A stretch of DNA of 64,000 nt from Octopus sinensis (taxonomy: Eukaryota): the NCBI RefSeq assembly GCF_006345805.1, contig NC_043005.1:59334001-59398000 (forward strand), written 5' to 3'. Positions 28,341-43,991 of this stretch are shown in pieces. The position numbers and the translations under genes were made by a program. The notes below the pieces were generated by a model, which was given only the letters and a program-made list of their open reading frames with translations, was not told the origin of the DNA and did not search any database. Positions within the stretch are counted from its first letter, which is position 1; the number at the start of each line of letters is the position of its first letter.

Positions 28341-28765
28341 ATTTGTCGTATCGTAGGTTGAAGGGTCGGAAATTGCCTCCGTCGTCGTCGTCGTCGTCGT
28401 CGTCGTCAGTAGTAGTAGTAGTAGTAGTAGTGGCAGTAGTAGTGGCAGTGGTAGCAGTAGTAGTATTACCCTTCTATGCAAAAGACGGACGCCGGTAGGA
28501 CTGATCACTCTGGTTCTGTCCACAAAGAAACCGCAAAAAGTAGAAAAATCATTGCTAATGTTTGTCTATCGTAGTGGTTAACTGCCTAATTCTGTTTGAA
28601 CTTAAACAGCAAAGTGTTTGATGATTCCCTTGGTAAGCAGACGAGACGTTGAAAAATTAACATATGTCAAGTTGGCCTTCAGCAGTAATCATTTCCTATC
28701 ACCCTTCGGCAAATGTAGCAGATAAACTTAACCACGATTTACCGCACTCTATGAAAGTTTGAGAT

Positions 28766-28828
<63 letters not shown>

Positions 28829-28937
28829 AGACAGACAGAGAATGAAATATTGAAAAAGAAACAAAAATAGGTGTCCATGTCAGCCATATATAGCAATAGT
28901 ATCTCATAGAAAAGAATACTGATATATAACCAAGAGA

Positions 28938-29370
28938 AAGGTGGTGAGCTAGCAAAAACGTTAGCACGCCGGGCGAAATGCTTGGCAGTATTTCGTCTGT
29001 CTTTACGTTCTGAGTTCAAAATTCCGCCGAGGTCAACTTTACTTTTCATCCTCTCGGATTCTATAAATTAAGTGCCAGTTGCGTACTGGGATCGATCTAC
29101 TGGCCCCCTCCCCCAAATTTTCGGGCCTTGTGTCTAGAGTAGAAAAGAAAAGAAAAGAAGGCGGTGAGCTGGCAGAATCGTTAGCTGCCCGGGCGAAATG
29201 CTTATCGGTATTTCGTCTGTCTTTACGATTTGAGTTCAAATTCAGCCAAGGTCAACTTTGCCTTTCATCCTTTCGGGGTCGATAAATTAAGTACCAGTTT
29301 CGTACTGGGGTCGGTCTAATCGACTGGTCCCCTCCCCCAAAATTTCGGGCCTTGTGCCTCGTGTAGAAAA
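28938..29370 (+). mobile_element. two adjacent short-tail SINE-A copies
   Basis: Each has a ggcggtgagctggcagaatcgttag-type head and a ...gggccttgtg(t/c)ct..gtagaaaag tail. Confidence 0.88.
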
Positions 29371-30109
29371 GATATATAACTAAGAGAGTCACGAAGACAC
29401 AGACATTTGATTGGTGTAAACAGTTTATCTCAGTAGATTGTCCAGAAAGGTAATGCGAAGTACTTATCGGTAATCTACGATATGACATTCCAGTATTTGA
29501 TTTGTTTTAATGTCTTACGTTCTTAGTTCAAATCCGCTTATAAACAAATTTTCTATTCATCCTACTAGGGTTAGCAACATAAAATTATCAGTCAAGTGGC
29601 TTGGGCCATTAAATTGGTATGTGTTAGAAATTCATGCTATTTATTACCAGACCGTTATCACTACACATATTTACTTACACTAACGTTACAATGTCATTTT
29701 CATATTATTAACTCAAAATCCACGTCGTTAACGCAAAAGCATTCCCATGACAACGTTATCTATGCAACAACATAGCAATGCGTTCTTTGTCACCCTATTT
29801 TGGTGTCTTTTGTTACAAGGGGCATTTGCGCGCGCTGCCGATTTCTTATAGTATTTTAAGACATTTCAGCAAAAAAAAAAAAAAACAAAAAAAACAGACG
29901 ATACTCGCTAATGTCTGTTTTGCCCAAACATTTCGCTAATATACTTGCCTATTCTCGTTAGCGTCCACCGACACATCTCCAAACAATTATGTACGTATCC
30001 ACTTTGGTAGGTGGTTATGCATGAATACATGCATATATGTATTTATATATGTATGTATGCATGTGCGTGTGCATGTATGCATGTGTACCTATGTATGTTG
30101 TCTGTTCTT

Positions 30110-30400
30110 TCTCAAGCCATGCCTGGCACATAGGGCCGGTTTCTCGGTTTCCTTGACGTATAGGTTCTCCACCTGGACGGGACGCCGGTCCTTCGCAGGT
30201 GAGCTGTAAGATGCAGGAGGAAGGAATGAGAGAAAGTTGTGGCGAAAGAGTCAGCAGAAGTTCGCCTTTATCTTCTACCGGAGCCGCGTGGAGCTTAGGT
30301 GTTTCGCTCATAATCTCACACATCACACGGTCTGAGATTCGAACCCTCGATCCCTCGACCGTGAGTCCGCTGGTCTAACCACTAGGCCATGTGCCTCCAC
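30110..30400 (-). mobile_element. SINE family C
   Basis: Head gtggaggcacatggcctagtggttagacc..gggttcgaatctc. Confidence 0.8.
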
Positions 30401-30876
30401 ATTTGTGTATATACTCACATAAAAATACTCTGGAAGTCATTTCGTGTCCGAATACAGTGACTTGTAAATTTCTTGGACGTTACCGTGGAAAACCGCAAAG
30501 GGAGAGTATCGTCAGTAGCAGAGTCAATGGCTACTTCTCGATGTATGCAATCATTAGGTGAGAATTCCAATCCAAGACAGTGAACGATCGTCAGGTTTTA
30601 TGTCAGATTTTCCTCCTTCACAGAATTTCTTACAACACATAGGAGTCTTCACTACAAGTAGTCTTGCTGCGTACTCGTACACTATCACGAATGTTTCTAA
30701 GGCCCACGCACAATTGCTAGATAGTCGGTGAGCATATATAAGGTTCATAGCCCTTTTGGGCCCGCTGAGTTTAAAGCAACCCTTATCAGTAGGCAAGCAT
30801 GGAGCTACCAGTTTAGTCACCGATGACCAGACAATGCAAGAAGTTGTACAGAAATACATGTCATCTGTAGTACCTA

Positions 30877-31190
<314 letters not shown>

Positions 31191-31305
31191 ATATATACAT
31201 ACAAATATCAATAATTTATATATGAATTATCCTCTCTGTTTCACTCCCCCGTCTCTCTCGCTCTCTCTGTCTCTGTATATATATATACATACAGACATAC
31301 ATACG

Positions 31306-31341
<36 letters not shown>

Positions 31342-31559
31342 GTACACACACATACATACATACATACATACATGCATACTGATTGGATCAATAATGGCAA
31401 AAACCTATCGTGTGTGTTTGTGCGTGAGTGTGTGTGTGCGTGCGTGCGTGCGTGTGTTACTTACATAGGTTTCAGCCATTACTGATCCAAGCCATGAATA
31501 ACCTAATACCACCATTTGGAGTAGTCGTTTAAGTTATCTTTTGAGATGTTATAGCCTGC

Positions 31560-32205
31560 TCGAGTTGTGAGCTACCGTTTGTCGAAATCTATCCGTTTCT
31601 TCGTGATTAGAAAGAATTTGTCTAGATACTGTTTAAATCTGATGGAATGACTTTCTTCGATTTCTTTGGGGAATAAATGATAAATACTGCTGCATCATTG
31701 GAGGTAAAACAAAAACAAATTGTGCTGCATTGTTGTTATATGATGTGAGTTCGAACTTTGTAAGAGGCGTATAGCATTGGGGGTGCCCGATCTTTGATGA
31801 CTTGTAAAATTGATACCGGTAGCGATTATATAATATCGTAGAAACTATTTTCCTCATCGTACAAATTCGTACAAATGATTATACAGAATATATTTTGAAC
31901 TTTTTGAGGCGGTCCTGGTAATCATAGACTGTCATCGCATTTATTTTTTGTGATCGACGTCTCAGGTGCTATAATTCACATAATGTTTTGCTTTGAATAC
32001 GGAGAACACAGTTGGCAGTACTACTTAAATGACGTGCGTTGGAACTCTCTCCCATAGAATGGAAAGTGTCAATGAAGCGGTGCAAGAGCTGTGATAGACA
32101 GGTTCTATAGTAATACATAAGTTGTGTTAGGCAATCACGAAAACCATGGTGGTTAGGATCTATGAGATGATTACTCTCTTGGAAGGCAGTTATATTTTTT
32201 ATCAC
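31560..32205 (-). pseudogene. old CR1-type LINE fragment
   Basis: ITAFQESNHLIDPNHHGFRDCLTQL aligns to ITQFLESNRRLISNQHGFRNGRDCLTQL of the 21.7-kb LINE. Confidence 0.7.
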
Positions 32206-32692
32206 ACCAACTTCTAGTGTATTTAGATGATATGATAGGTTAGTGAGCGCGGATAGTAATTCACTGCCGGCGACTTATTTTACTGTTTTAAAAATTAGGA
32301 TGACAGACAAGGACAGTTTCCTACATAAAATAGCCAGAATAGAAGCTAGATAATGTTTGCACTCCTTCATAACACTAGCGAGGAAGATGACACGACCAAC
32401 TACTAAAAGATTTTAACTTTAAACATTGTCACAATGTTGTCCATTGTGCCGCGAGTTATGTCAAGAGGATATGCAGTGAATTTAATTCGTTGATACTGCA
32501 TAGTTCAACGACATGAAGATCATTAAACACAAACCAATAGTGTGTCTAGAATATATAATTATGTATATGTATATAAGTACATTCAAACACACAAGTGTAC
32601 GTAAACAGGTATATAGCAACGTACATAACTTTTTTTTATAAAATCACACAGTCGCGTACATATGCATACATACACGAACATACATACATAAA

Positions 32693-32742
<50 letters not shown>

Positions 32743-32853
32743 TATAAACAAACATATACATACATATATATATATATATACATTATATATATATACATAT
32801 ATATATAATATATATATATATAAACATATACATACATATATATATATATATAC

Positions 32854-32890
<37 letters not shown>

Positions 32891-32986
32891 ATATACATAC
32901 ATACATACATTATATATATATATATAATATATATATATAAAAAAATATAAACAACATATACCATACATCTATATATATATATATTA

Positions 32987-33036
<50 letters not shown>

Positions 33037-33420
33037 TATATATATAAGAGGGAGAGCCAGACAGAAAGGAATATATGTAAATAAGTAGTTATATACGTAT
33101 AGTTAGTAAGACTGATAAATAGACGCAAAGAATTTTACCAATGGACACTTTAGGACAGTAGAATCATTAATGTTGGCTAGCTTTAGAACTTCAGATTTCT
33201 CATTGTCGCATTCTACTTAAAAATATTACAGGAAACTTAGTCAATTTGCCTGGAGACTTAGACATTTGATAATGACAGTAGCTTGTTAGTGTTGTTTGAT
33301 GTTACTGCCATCGATCTCCATTGAAACAGCCCAGTAAGTTCGCTGTGTTTGATTGTGACTTTTATTTTTATCAGCGATAATCCACCATGAAATTACTCGA
33401 GCTCACACACACACACGCAC

Positions 33421-33475
<55 letters not shown>

Positions 33476-33668
33476 CACAGTCTCTCTCACACACACATAT
33501 GCAAACATACATATTTACACAAGACAGGTTGTGTGTGAGATCAGTCGTGGTAACGAAAGAGATTGTACATCAAACTCTTTATATGGTTTAAGCGAAAATA
33601 GTTACAGCAAAGTTATTTGACATGCAGCACTACATCTAAAGAGAATAGGTACGTGTATATATATATAC

Positions 33669-33709
<41 letters not shown>

Positions 33710-34274
33710 TATATATATTATAATATATTAGATTACACAATATATATAATACATATATATACATATATATACATATATATATATACACACACACATATAT
33801 TATAGACACATATATATTCACATATATATATACATATATAAATATACATATATATATATATATATTATATTTATGTGTATATATATATTATATATATATA
33901 TATATATATAAACATATACATATATATAAACATATACATATATATATGCATATATGTATATATATGTATATGTATATGAGTGTGTGTGTGTGTATACACA
34001 TACACACGCACATAATTGGAAAGCGACCCAACAATGCCGATAAACTGAAGGCGTTATGTGAGGGGAAAAAGTTTGGTGCGGTATAAAATCTCAAAGAAGC
34101 TGTTTAATAGCATTTTAGGTTAAATTAGCTGATTGTGAGCAAGGGTTGTCGTGTTGAAGAAACACGGCGTTTCATCGGTCGAGTCGCTGCAGTTGGATTG
34201 CCTATTGGGTGAAGGTCACGGGCAACCCATCTGCTCGGCCAGTTTCTCATTGGATTGGTGCTAATCCTCTAGAA

Positions 34275-34588
34275 GAGTTGTTCTCAACCGGGGTCCATAT
34301 CAGATTTTTTTAATCGGTGGGGGGGGGGGTCACGAAAGCAATATGATTAATTTGGGGTCCATGGTTATTTTTCAGGGGCCATGAAAAAACTATGCTCCAG
34401 ACCATTAAAGTTTTTGTGCAATAAATTGGTTATACATAAAATATGTTAGCAATTTTTATACCAGTCCTAATAATGCTTAATTATTAAAACTCAATAGGAA
34501 TTTTTAAACATTGTATGGCTTTGGGGTTCCAGACAAGTAAAATAGGAATCAAAAGGGTCTATATGTAGAAAATGGTTGAGAAACCCTG
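34275..34588. mobile_element. hAT (Charlie-like) MITE
   Basis: TIRs gagttgttctcaacc / ggttgagaaaccctg; perfect 8-bp TSD ctctagaa at 34267-34274 and 34589-34596. Confidence 0.9.
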
Positions 34589-35113
34589 CTCTAGAATATG
34601 TTCTTTCAATTAATCCTCTTTGAAGTCAACAGATGAACCGGAATGCGGAGCGTTTATGTGGTCGAATTTCTACTCCTGGAAGCGTGAAAAACCATCTCTA
34701 TGAAGTTCTTTTATTAATAACGCTGTATCCATATTCGACACAAATATCACAACCAGCTTCTGGCAACTTTGGAACTTAGATTGAAAGGGAAGAGAAGCAG
34801 GTGGCAAAATTGTCATTCCGTAGTCATTTGTCATAAATATTTTCAAAACGATAGGCAAAAATTTGTAGAGGAAGAACAAATCTACAAAACGAAAAAAAGG
34901 AATATCTGTGAAACTTTTCCGTGTCAGTTCCATTAAATTCAAATAATATTAGAAAGAGACGAACTCATTTATCTGATACCCCAAAGTCTTTGTTTGTTTG
35001 TGCGTGTGTGTGTGTGTGTGTGTGGTGTGTGTGTGTGTGTGTGTGTGTGCGTGTGCAAAAGTATATTGCACTCGCACGAGAGAGAGAATGAGAGTAACAT
35101 GTACATACATACA

Positions 35114-35167
<54 letters not shown>

Positions 35168-35169
35168 AG

Positions 35170-35226
<57 letters not shown>

Positions 35227-35414
35227 TTAAAAATAGAAGATGAAGGGAGAAAGAGGGCGCCTACTTGAAATATTCCTCTTCTAATGGGGAAGGTTTTTGT
35301 TTTTAAAATTCTCTTTATCGTTTGTAGCTGCAAAATGGTTTGCCATTTACTCGTTGCAGTTTTTTGTGTATTTTTTATGTATTGTTACCTTACTCATAGC
35401 TAATATTTCTGGGA

Positions 35415-36370
<956 letters not shown>

Positions 36371-37072
36371 AAATAAAGAATAGAAGTATATCTGCTTAGT
36401 CCTGCAATATTATTTTGCAGTAAGGGCTTTGTATATTGCAGCGAGACATAGTTTTGTGGTTTTTTTAGTTGTTTTTGTTTGGTAATATCTTTATTTTTTC
36501 TGTATTTAAACAAGGTTCATGTTATTGCAGTTACAACTAAATATATTACGACTACGTCCATTTTGTCTCGATTTTGAAGTTTCCACATTATCAAATGTGT
36601 TCCTTTATTAAATCGAGAGCATGTTGTACTCAGACCAAGGTTGCTATTTCTAGCAGGTCGGTTACTTCTTAGATGGCTATATCCATCTCCCGTTGTTGTA
36701 GTCGCCGATGCTGTTTAGACTCTCCAGATCAGTTCTGTTTTTATGAATGACTAAGATTACCGAATGTGAACTTAATATTTTGAAGACGCCAAGGTGTGAT
36801 TTCAGGAACAGTTGGCTTCCTTTTTATTGCTCGTCGAACAGCCAATTAGAAGCTCCTTCATAAGCTTGTTGAGCTAGGTATTGATTCCTTGACAACTTCG
36901 CTTTTAAAAATATCGCTATTGCTGCTGGCTGCTGACGTAGTTGTTAATGGGTTTGTCGTTATCGTAGTTGTTATCCATTACATGGTATTGCTATATTTAT
37001 TGTTAAGTCCGAGTTCAGTTTAGATTGCGCAAACCTATAATCAAAGGCTTTCCATCCGTGTCCATCACTTAC

Positions 37073-37112
37073 TGTTCCCAGACCTACTGCAACTAGGCGT
37101 ATCCAATTCGTC
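37073..37112 (-). CDS. candidate small exon (TNWIRLVAVGLGT if phase 2 to 0)
   Basis: Donor gtaagt, weak acceptor; phase-compatible with 38320-38356. Confidence 0.3.
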
Positions 37113-37529
37113 CTTTACATTTTGGTAGTGTATGATATGAAACAGTATGAAAATATAAGCAGGAAATACAACCGCTATTTCGGCGTGACAGGTCAAGCTG
37201 CCTTTGAGAGGCTTCGTCACAGAATGAATACTGTTGTTAATATGGAAAATTAGTGTGAACGGAGAGCTGGCAGGACCGTTAGCACGCCGGGCAAAAATAA
37301 TTAACGGCATTTCGTCCGTCTTTACGTTTTGAGTTCAAATAACACCGAAGGTCAATTTGGCCGTTCGTTCTTTCAGTGTCTATAAATTACGTACCAGTTG
37401 GCCACTGGGGTCGATGTAACCGACTTGTCTCCTTAACCCGAAATTGTTGACTATGTGAAGAGATTGAGTAGTTATATGGAATTGCGCTGTCCATAGGTTT
37501 TAAGGTTAAATACTTTTGACTTTTATTTC

Positions 37530-37940
37530 TATTTCTTTACTGCCCACAAGGGGTTAAACACAGAGAGGACAAACAAAGACAGACAAACGGATTAAGTCGA
37601 TTATATCGACCCCAGTGCAGAACTGGTACTTATTTAATCGACCCCGAAAGGATGAAAGGCAAAGTCGACCTCGGCGGAATTTCGAACTCAGAACGTAGCG
37701 GCAGACGAAATACCTATTTCTATTTCTTTATTACCCACAAGGGGTTAAACACAGAGAGGACAAACAAGGACAGACAAACGGATTAAGTCGATTATATCAA
37801 CGCCAGTGCGTAACTGGTACTTAATTTATCGACCCCGAAAGGATGATAGGCAAAGTCGACCTCGACGGAATTTGAACTCAGAACGTAACGGCACTAAGAA
37901 TTTCGCCGGAGTGCTAACGTTTCTACCAGCTCGCCGCCTG
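37530..37940 (-). mobile_element. SINE-A dimer inside one ~16-bp TSD
   Basis: Junction gacgaaatac|ctatttc at 37713/37714; flanks ttttgacttttatttc (37514-37529) and tttttacttttatttc (37941-37956). Confidence 0.88.
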
Positions 37941-38319
37941 TTTTTACTTTTATTTCATTATGTTTGTAATGATATGGATGAAACTTGAACAAATAGTTAA
38001 GAAGGTTACTTCTCAATTACAAGCTCCCGAATTCAATCCCTCTGCGTCGTCTCCTCCACAATTGTCTTTTGCAATAGCCTTAACATGACTGAAGCTTCGT
38101 GACTTATATTTAGTAGACAACAACATCTACTCAGTAGCCCGTCAGATGGTACAAATGATCTAACGGGTAGGATAAAAATTCGGTCCTGTCACATATTGCG
38201 TTCGGTGAATTGTGTCAACACATACCTGAGGGAATACTTGGAATACTTTGTCACTAAGATACTAATTAATTCAGTTGGTCAAACAACTAACTGAGATCAT
38301 ACAAGCCAGAACTAAATAC

Positions 38320-38356
38320 CTGTCGAGAATTGGTACCAGCAGACGTAGGAATGCTA
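38320..38356 (-). CDS. candidate 37-nt exon (AFLRLLVPILD if phase 1 to 2)
   Basis: Acceptor tttttctttttttcaag and donor CAG|gtattt. Confidence 0.45.
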
Positions 38357-38500
38357 CTTGAAAAAAGAAAAATAAACGTCCTATAATAGTAGAGAGAAAG
38401 ACAGACAGACAACAAGAAACAGAGAAAGAGAGAGAGAGAGAGAGGCAAACAAACAAGTAGTGCGCGAGAATGACATAGGTAGATACATAGAGAAAGAGCG

Positions 38501-38556
<56 letters not shown>

Positions 38557-38733
38557 AAGGGCTGATTTACTACAGATCTACCGAGGATGGCGTTATTTCT
38601 TAGCCACAAGTCGACTTTGGTAAAAAAAAACTCTATGAACAAAGATGTTCTAATGTGACCATCCTGTCTGATTTTGACATCAGGGACTGACTACATTGTC
38701 TATGAAATGACAGGTCAGTTGGAATTGACTCAC

Positions 38734-38883
38734 ATTTGGTTGCTGTTTCTAGTTTGTTGAGTAGCCACGTGACTGCTCCTCTCCCCCACTTCTCTCTTCT
38801 TGGCTTGCTCAGAAAATTGGAGTCAGGTCTGACGAACCAGGATTGACTGCAGCCAGCTAACGAGCTGTCATCTCGTGACCCAC
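38734..38883 (-). CDS. candidate exon (GSRDDSSLAGCSQSWFVRPDSNFLSKPRREKWGRGAVTWLLNKLETATK), phase 1-1
   Basis: Very strong acceptor tttttgtttctccccag and donor gtgagt; 150 nt with one open frame; GC elevated. Confidence 0.6.
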
Positions 38884-40239
38884 CTGGGGAGAAACAAAAA
38901 CAAAAACAACAACATTGCCAGAAAAGCAACAACAACAACAACAACAACAACAACAAAAACGACAATAACAACGACCATAACACCACGAACAATATAATAT
39001 CAACACTGACAGTAGCAGCAGCAACAACAACAACGGATTCTCTTATATCTGAAACTATAGAGAAGAGAATTGATTAAAGTCTTTTGTAGTAAGAGTTACT
39101 TTGAAAAATTTAACAAACAAACAAACAAATATATATATATATATAAAAAGGAAAGAGGGAAAGAAAAAGAAGAAACAGAAATTATTTACAAATTATAGAC
39201 GGTAATATTAATTTTCATAAAACTGGATAACTTTGTAGACAGTTATTTGGAAATTTGAAATCCACTTTCATTGATAATCATGCCACGTAAATAACTAAAT
39301 TGAATTCTTCTTCATAGAAAGACTACCTACTTGAGATTTTGTTTGATATTCCATCCAAAACAGTGTACCGTTCTTATAATACAACTTTTCTGTTTACATA
39401 TTCAAATTTCTATTTGTTTCGTTTCTCTTTTTTAATTTTATTTATTCTCATTCTTGAATCAAGCTATCTATTCAGTCGAAATTGTTATTCTGTGTATTTC
39501 CCATCCCCCCGACACTTCCTCATGCCTCCCCACTTCCTTCCAATTTTTATATATCATTGTATATCATTGTATTAAACGTAGCATTCGCCTTATTGTATTT
39601 CTGTCTGTGAGTTTAAAAGAGCTGCGACTCCATTGTTTCTATGCTCACTCCCCAACTGTGCTGCTATCTTCCACTATTATTTTGCTCTCTTAACTCCAGT
39701 CATCAAATTATCATATTTTAAACTGTAAAACCGATATCCGTCATATAGAATTCATTTTGTAGAAGTAGTTTTCTTATTCTCTAATAATTTCCATTTTATT
39801 CATCATTAGTACAGATTTTTGAAAGCATTGAATCTACAAATACATCTATGAAAAGAAGAAAAGAAATGGTCGGCCCAGACAATTCTAATATTTATATGTC
39901 TCTCTTTCGAATTTATTGCTTTTTTATATCTTCATCAGTAGTTCGGTATAGTATTTCTTTTATTGCAAAGAAGTTTTAAAGTTTCACCACTTTTGTTTGG
40001 TTAGTTATCATATAGCGCAATTAAGTTAGACACTGTCGAAGCAATATCACATTTTGACAGGGCGCAACAATTTCATCATTATCGCATCGCCCAAACTTAT
40101 CGATTTATAGAATTCAGATTGGGAGAAACAATCGATGCTTTAAACATGTTCTCGTAATGCTGAGTACAGATTTTAGATTATTCTATATTTCTGTGAATGT
40201 CTTTTCTTTTTAAAATCTATTTTAGATCACGAATGGTAC

Positions 40240-40332
40240 GGAATATCGTGGTTTCTAAAATCCTCATTTCTAGTTCATTGTATTTCTGACGAGAGAGCAA
40301 CCCAGCATTGCTAACAATGCTTCGTTGTTCTC
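40240..40332 (-). CDS. candidate exon (EQRSIVSNAGLLSRQKYNELEMRILETTIF), phase 1-1
   Basis: Acceptor tctgttccag, weak donor gtacca; 93 nt with one open frame. Confidence 0.3.
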
Positions 40333-40744
40333 CTGGAACAGATATCACTATTCAGTCTGTCCTCCATCCAAATATAATATAACTAGGACTAGATTTATGT
40401 GGTGAATTAACACAGTCATTAGTGTGCTGGATCGAATAAATACTGCCTCAGAGTATATATTCCATTTCTGTGACCTGAGTTCAAATCTAGCCGAAATTAT
40501 CTTGGACTCTCATCCTTTCAGGATCAACAAAATAAGATATCGGTGTAAGTTGGTTAACTGGCGGAATTGTTAGATCGTTGGGTGGAATGCCTTATGATAA
40601 CTGTCTTGGATCTGTGCAATCGAAGTTCAAATCCCATTCCGTTTCCGAAAAACAGACACTTGTTAGAGTTTGCAACAGACAGAAAGTATCAGCTAATTGT
40701 AATAAAAAAAAAAGAAAAAAGTGTTCCACCAAGTTTTTAAAGAA

Positions 40745-41175
40745 TTCCTCTTGACACATGGTTATAATGATTCTCTACCCGCTGCTTCTGCTCGTGATCA
40801 GAGATGCACATATCGTCATCCACTAAGGGATATAGTCAACTGGTTAAGGTCAAGCAACTGACAAGTAAATCTGTGTTATTGATGAACAAAATACCTATTT
40901 TTCCCAAAGGTGAATTATCCAAACCCCCCCACCAAAATTCCTCTCAATACATGGCTATGATGCCCCTCCACTACTTCTGCCCGTGATCAGAGATGTACAT
41001 ATCGCCAGCCACTAAGGGAAATGCCCAACTGCTTGAGGTTAGACACCTGACAAGCAAATCTGTAGTATTGAGCAGAATATTTGCTGTAGCCTATCTTTTA
41101 CCCAACAAAAAAAAAACATGTACGTGTTAACACTTATAATCAGTTAGGAGCAGAGGCCATGAAAGCTACTAAATT
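40745..41175 (+). repeat. two tandem copies of an interspersed repeat (ctgctcgtgatcagagatgcacatatcg..ccactaaggga)
   Basis: Motif repeated near 40785 and 40975. Confidence 0.7.
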
Positions 41176-41338
41176 CAAATTACGATGAACGTAAACAAAC
41201 AAACGAAGTTTGCTTTAGAAGCGTTGAGATGTCTTAGAAAGTTAAATAAGTGATTTTCAATTTTCAAACGCAGGGTAATGCTAATAATGTAGCATGAACA
41301 GGATAAGCTACCCCTATTTTTGCAGACAAAGTGTTGGC

Positions 41339-41414
41339 GGCCGGCTATGAGACTCGAACTCACACCTCCGTGATTACGCGTCGCAGTGCTCTAAACCTTT
41401 AAGCTAAACCGCCC
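41339..41414 (-). tRNA. tRNA-like sequence, probable tRNA-Thr(CGT) pseudogene
   Basis: GGGCGGTT/AGCCGGCC acceptor arm, A box TAGCTTAAAGG, T arm GTGAG-TTCGAGT-CTCAT, loop CGCGTAA; mismatches in two stems and no U33. Confidence 0.55.
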
Positions 41415-42640
41415 ACATCATCATCATCATCATCGTTGTCTTCTTCTTCTTGTACCTGTAGTGGAAAGTATTGTTTGATTTGAAGAATTATGTGTCTTAC
41501 AGAAGGAGAACAAATTCTCAACTAATAAAAATTAATTGTCCATGGTAAGATGAAGAGTGAATTTATTACTGGAATTATTGAAATTCAGTAAGAAAATTGA
41601 GCTAAGTAAATAACCCTCGCAATTTAGTGTAGCTCATCCTTGAACGGAACCTATGAGCAATGCAGGGTCGGCTTAGAAATGGTTTACAGCCACTGCAAAA
41701 CACACGCGTAACCACTACATCTTTAATATAAAAACAAGAAACAGTAAAGGTGACTGTGTGGTGATTCGACCTGTTAAAAACAATTTTTACTATCTTAGGG
41801 GCGAAAAGATAACATCGACTAATATAGCTTTCAAAGCATTTTTCCTGACAATAGATATATGACGACTACCCTAAGAACGACTTTGATCATAGCTTTTTTT
41901 TTCTTTTCTGGTGAAGGCACAGAACTAATGACATCGATCCAAGTACTTGATTGCTACCTAATTTATCGACTTCGCTGAGAATAGAACTCCGAAAATATAT
42001 GGACGTAGCTAAATACGACCAGACTTTTGCCTGACACTAACAATTCTGCCAATTCCCTGTCCACACAATACCACAAATGATCGCAAAATATTGCTCATCG
42101 TAAAACCTTTCAAAGAGACCAATCAATGTAACTGCTAATACGATGGCTAATAATACGTAGTGTTAAAATATATATATATTACTATGGCTTGTAGTTGGGA
42201 ACCAATAAAGCTAGTGTGAATACCATTTAATTTGACTCCCGTATAACACCTATATTACTAGGTAAAGCAATAATAAGAGTAAGCACAAATAAAAAATAAA
42301 AATAAATAAATCACCCACTGTACTAAGGCTGCAATTAACGTTCTGAAAGTTAAGATCGTGGCCAATCACAGAACATAAATGTCGAGTTTATTCCCCACAA
42401 CATTATGCATGGTCATGTATTTGTACAATTACACATATCCTCACATACACACACACACACACACACATGCAAACATACACAAAGGCACACATACAGAGAT
42501 ACATACATAGATACACACACACACATCTGTATGTATTTGTGTGTCTATGTGCGTACACGCTTGGAAACACAAATGCGCATAAATACACATATATAAACAT
42601 TCTCACACAGCACAAACACATACACACTACATACACATAT

Positions 42641-42713
<73 letters not shown>

Positions 42714-42809
42714 TATACATATATATGTATATATATATATAGATATATATATATATATATATATATAGTATATATATATATATATATGTGTGTATATATA
42801 TATATATAG

Positions 42810-42868
<59 letters not shown>

Positions 42869-42884
42869 ATATATATATATATAT

Positions 42885-42932
<48 letters not shown>

Positions 42933-43064
42933 TTATTTATATATATAATATATATATATATATATTATATATATATATATATATGTATATATTTATTATA
43001 TATATATATATATTATATATATATATATTATATATGTATATATTTATTTATATATATATATATA

Positions 43065-43105
<41 letters not shown>

Positions 43106-43107
43106 AT

Positions 43108-43152
<45 letters not shown>

Positions 43153-43651
43153 TATATATATATAAACTACATGCATACTTATGCATATGCGCTTCTTACA
43201 TATACAGAACTAACTCACCTTTTTTTTTCCAACACAACAACCTACATACTGTCTACTCGTCTACAAACTTTCAATACACTCATATACACATTTAGGAAAG
43301 ATAAAAAAAAAAACGTGTTTAACTGCAGATTAACGATAGCCTTACTATAATGCAAGAAAGGTTCTAATAAAAATGGCACGATAAAAAAAAAGAAGAGATA
43401 GTGAAAGCATAGATTATAAACAAAGGAGTCTGAACAACAACCGCACTAAATCTGCAGAAATGTGGAGACAAGTTTCTGCATTACATACAATTTCATTTCA
43501 TTTCTTTTTACTTAAATATATTTATTTAAACATTCGCTGCAGACAAAAGTAGAGGAAGTGATTCATAAAATGTCTGTTGTAGTGTGTTTTCCATTATCCA
43601 CTTGCGGAAGATTCACAGACGGAATAATTTGAAAGACGCGTTAAAAGGTAT

Positions 43652-43708
<57 letters not shown>

Positions 43709-43803
43709 CACACACACACATATATGTATATATACTTATACATACCTACACACACACACACACATATATATTTATAAATGTGTGTTTATATGTATGTATG
43801 CAT

Positions 43804-43855
<52 letters not shown>

Positions 43856-43933
43856 TATGCAGTCAAATGTATAAATATATTACTGTTCTATGATTTAGAC
43901 TGTGCTCCTTTTTCGGAATACATAATACACTGA

Positions 43934-43991
<58 letters not shown>

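Noticed and set aside
40005-40154. Plus-strand TPR-like open frame, and other plus-strand exon-like segments (about 4684-4747, 29390-29453, 41501-41542)
   Set aside because: Open stretches this short are expected by chance in this base composition, and they do not form a phase-consistent chain.
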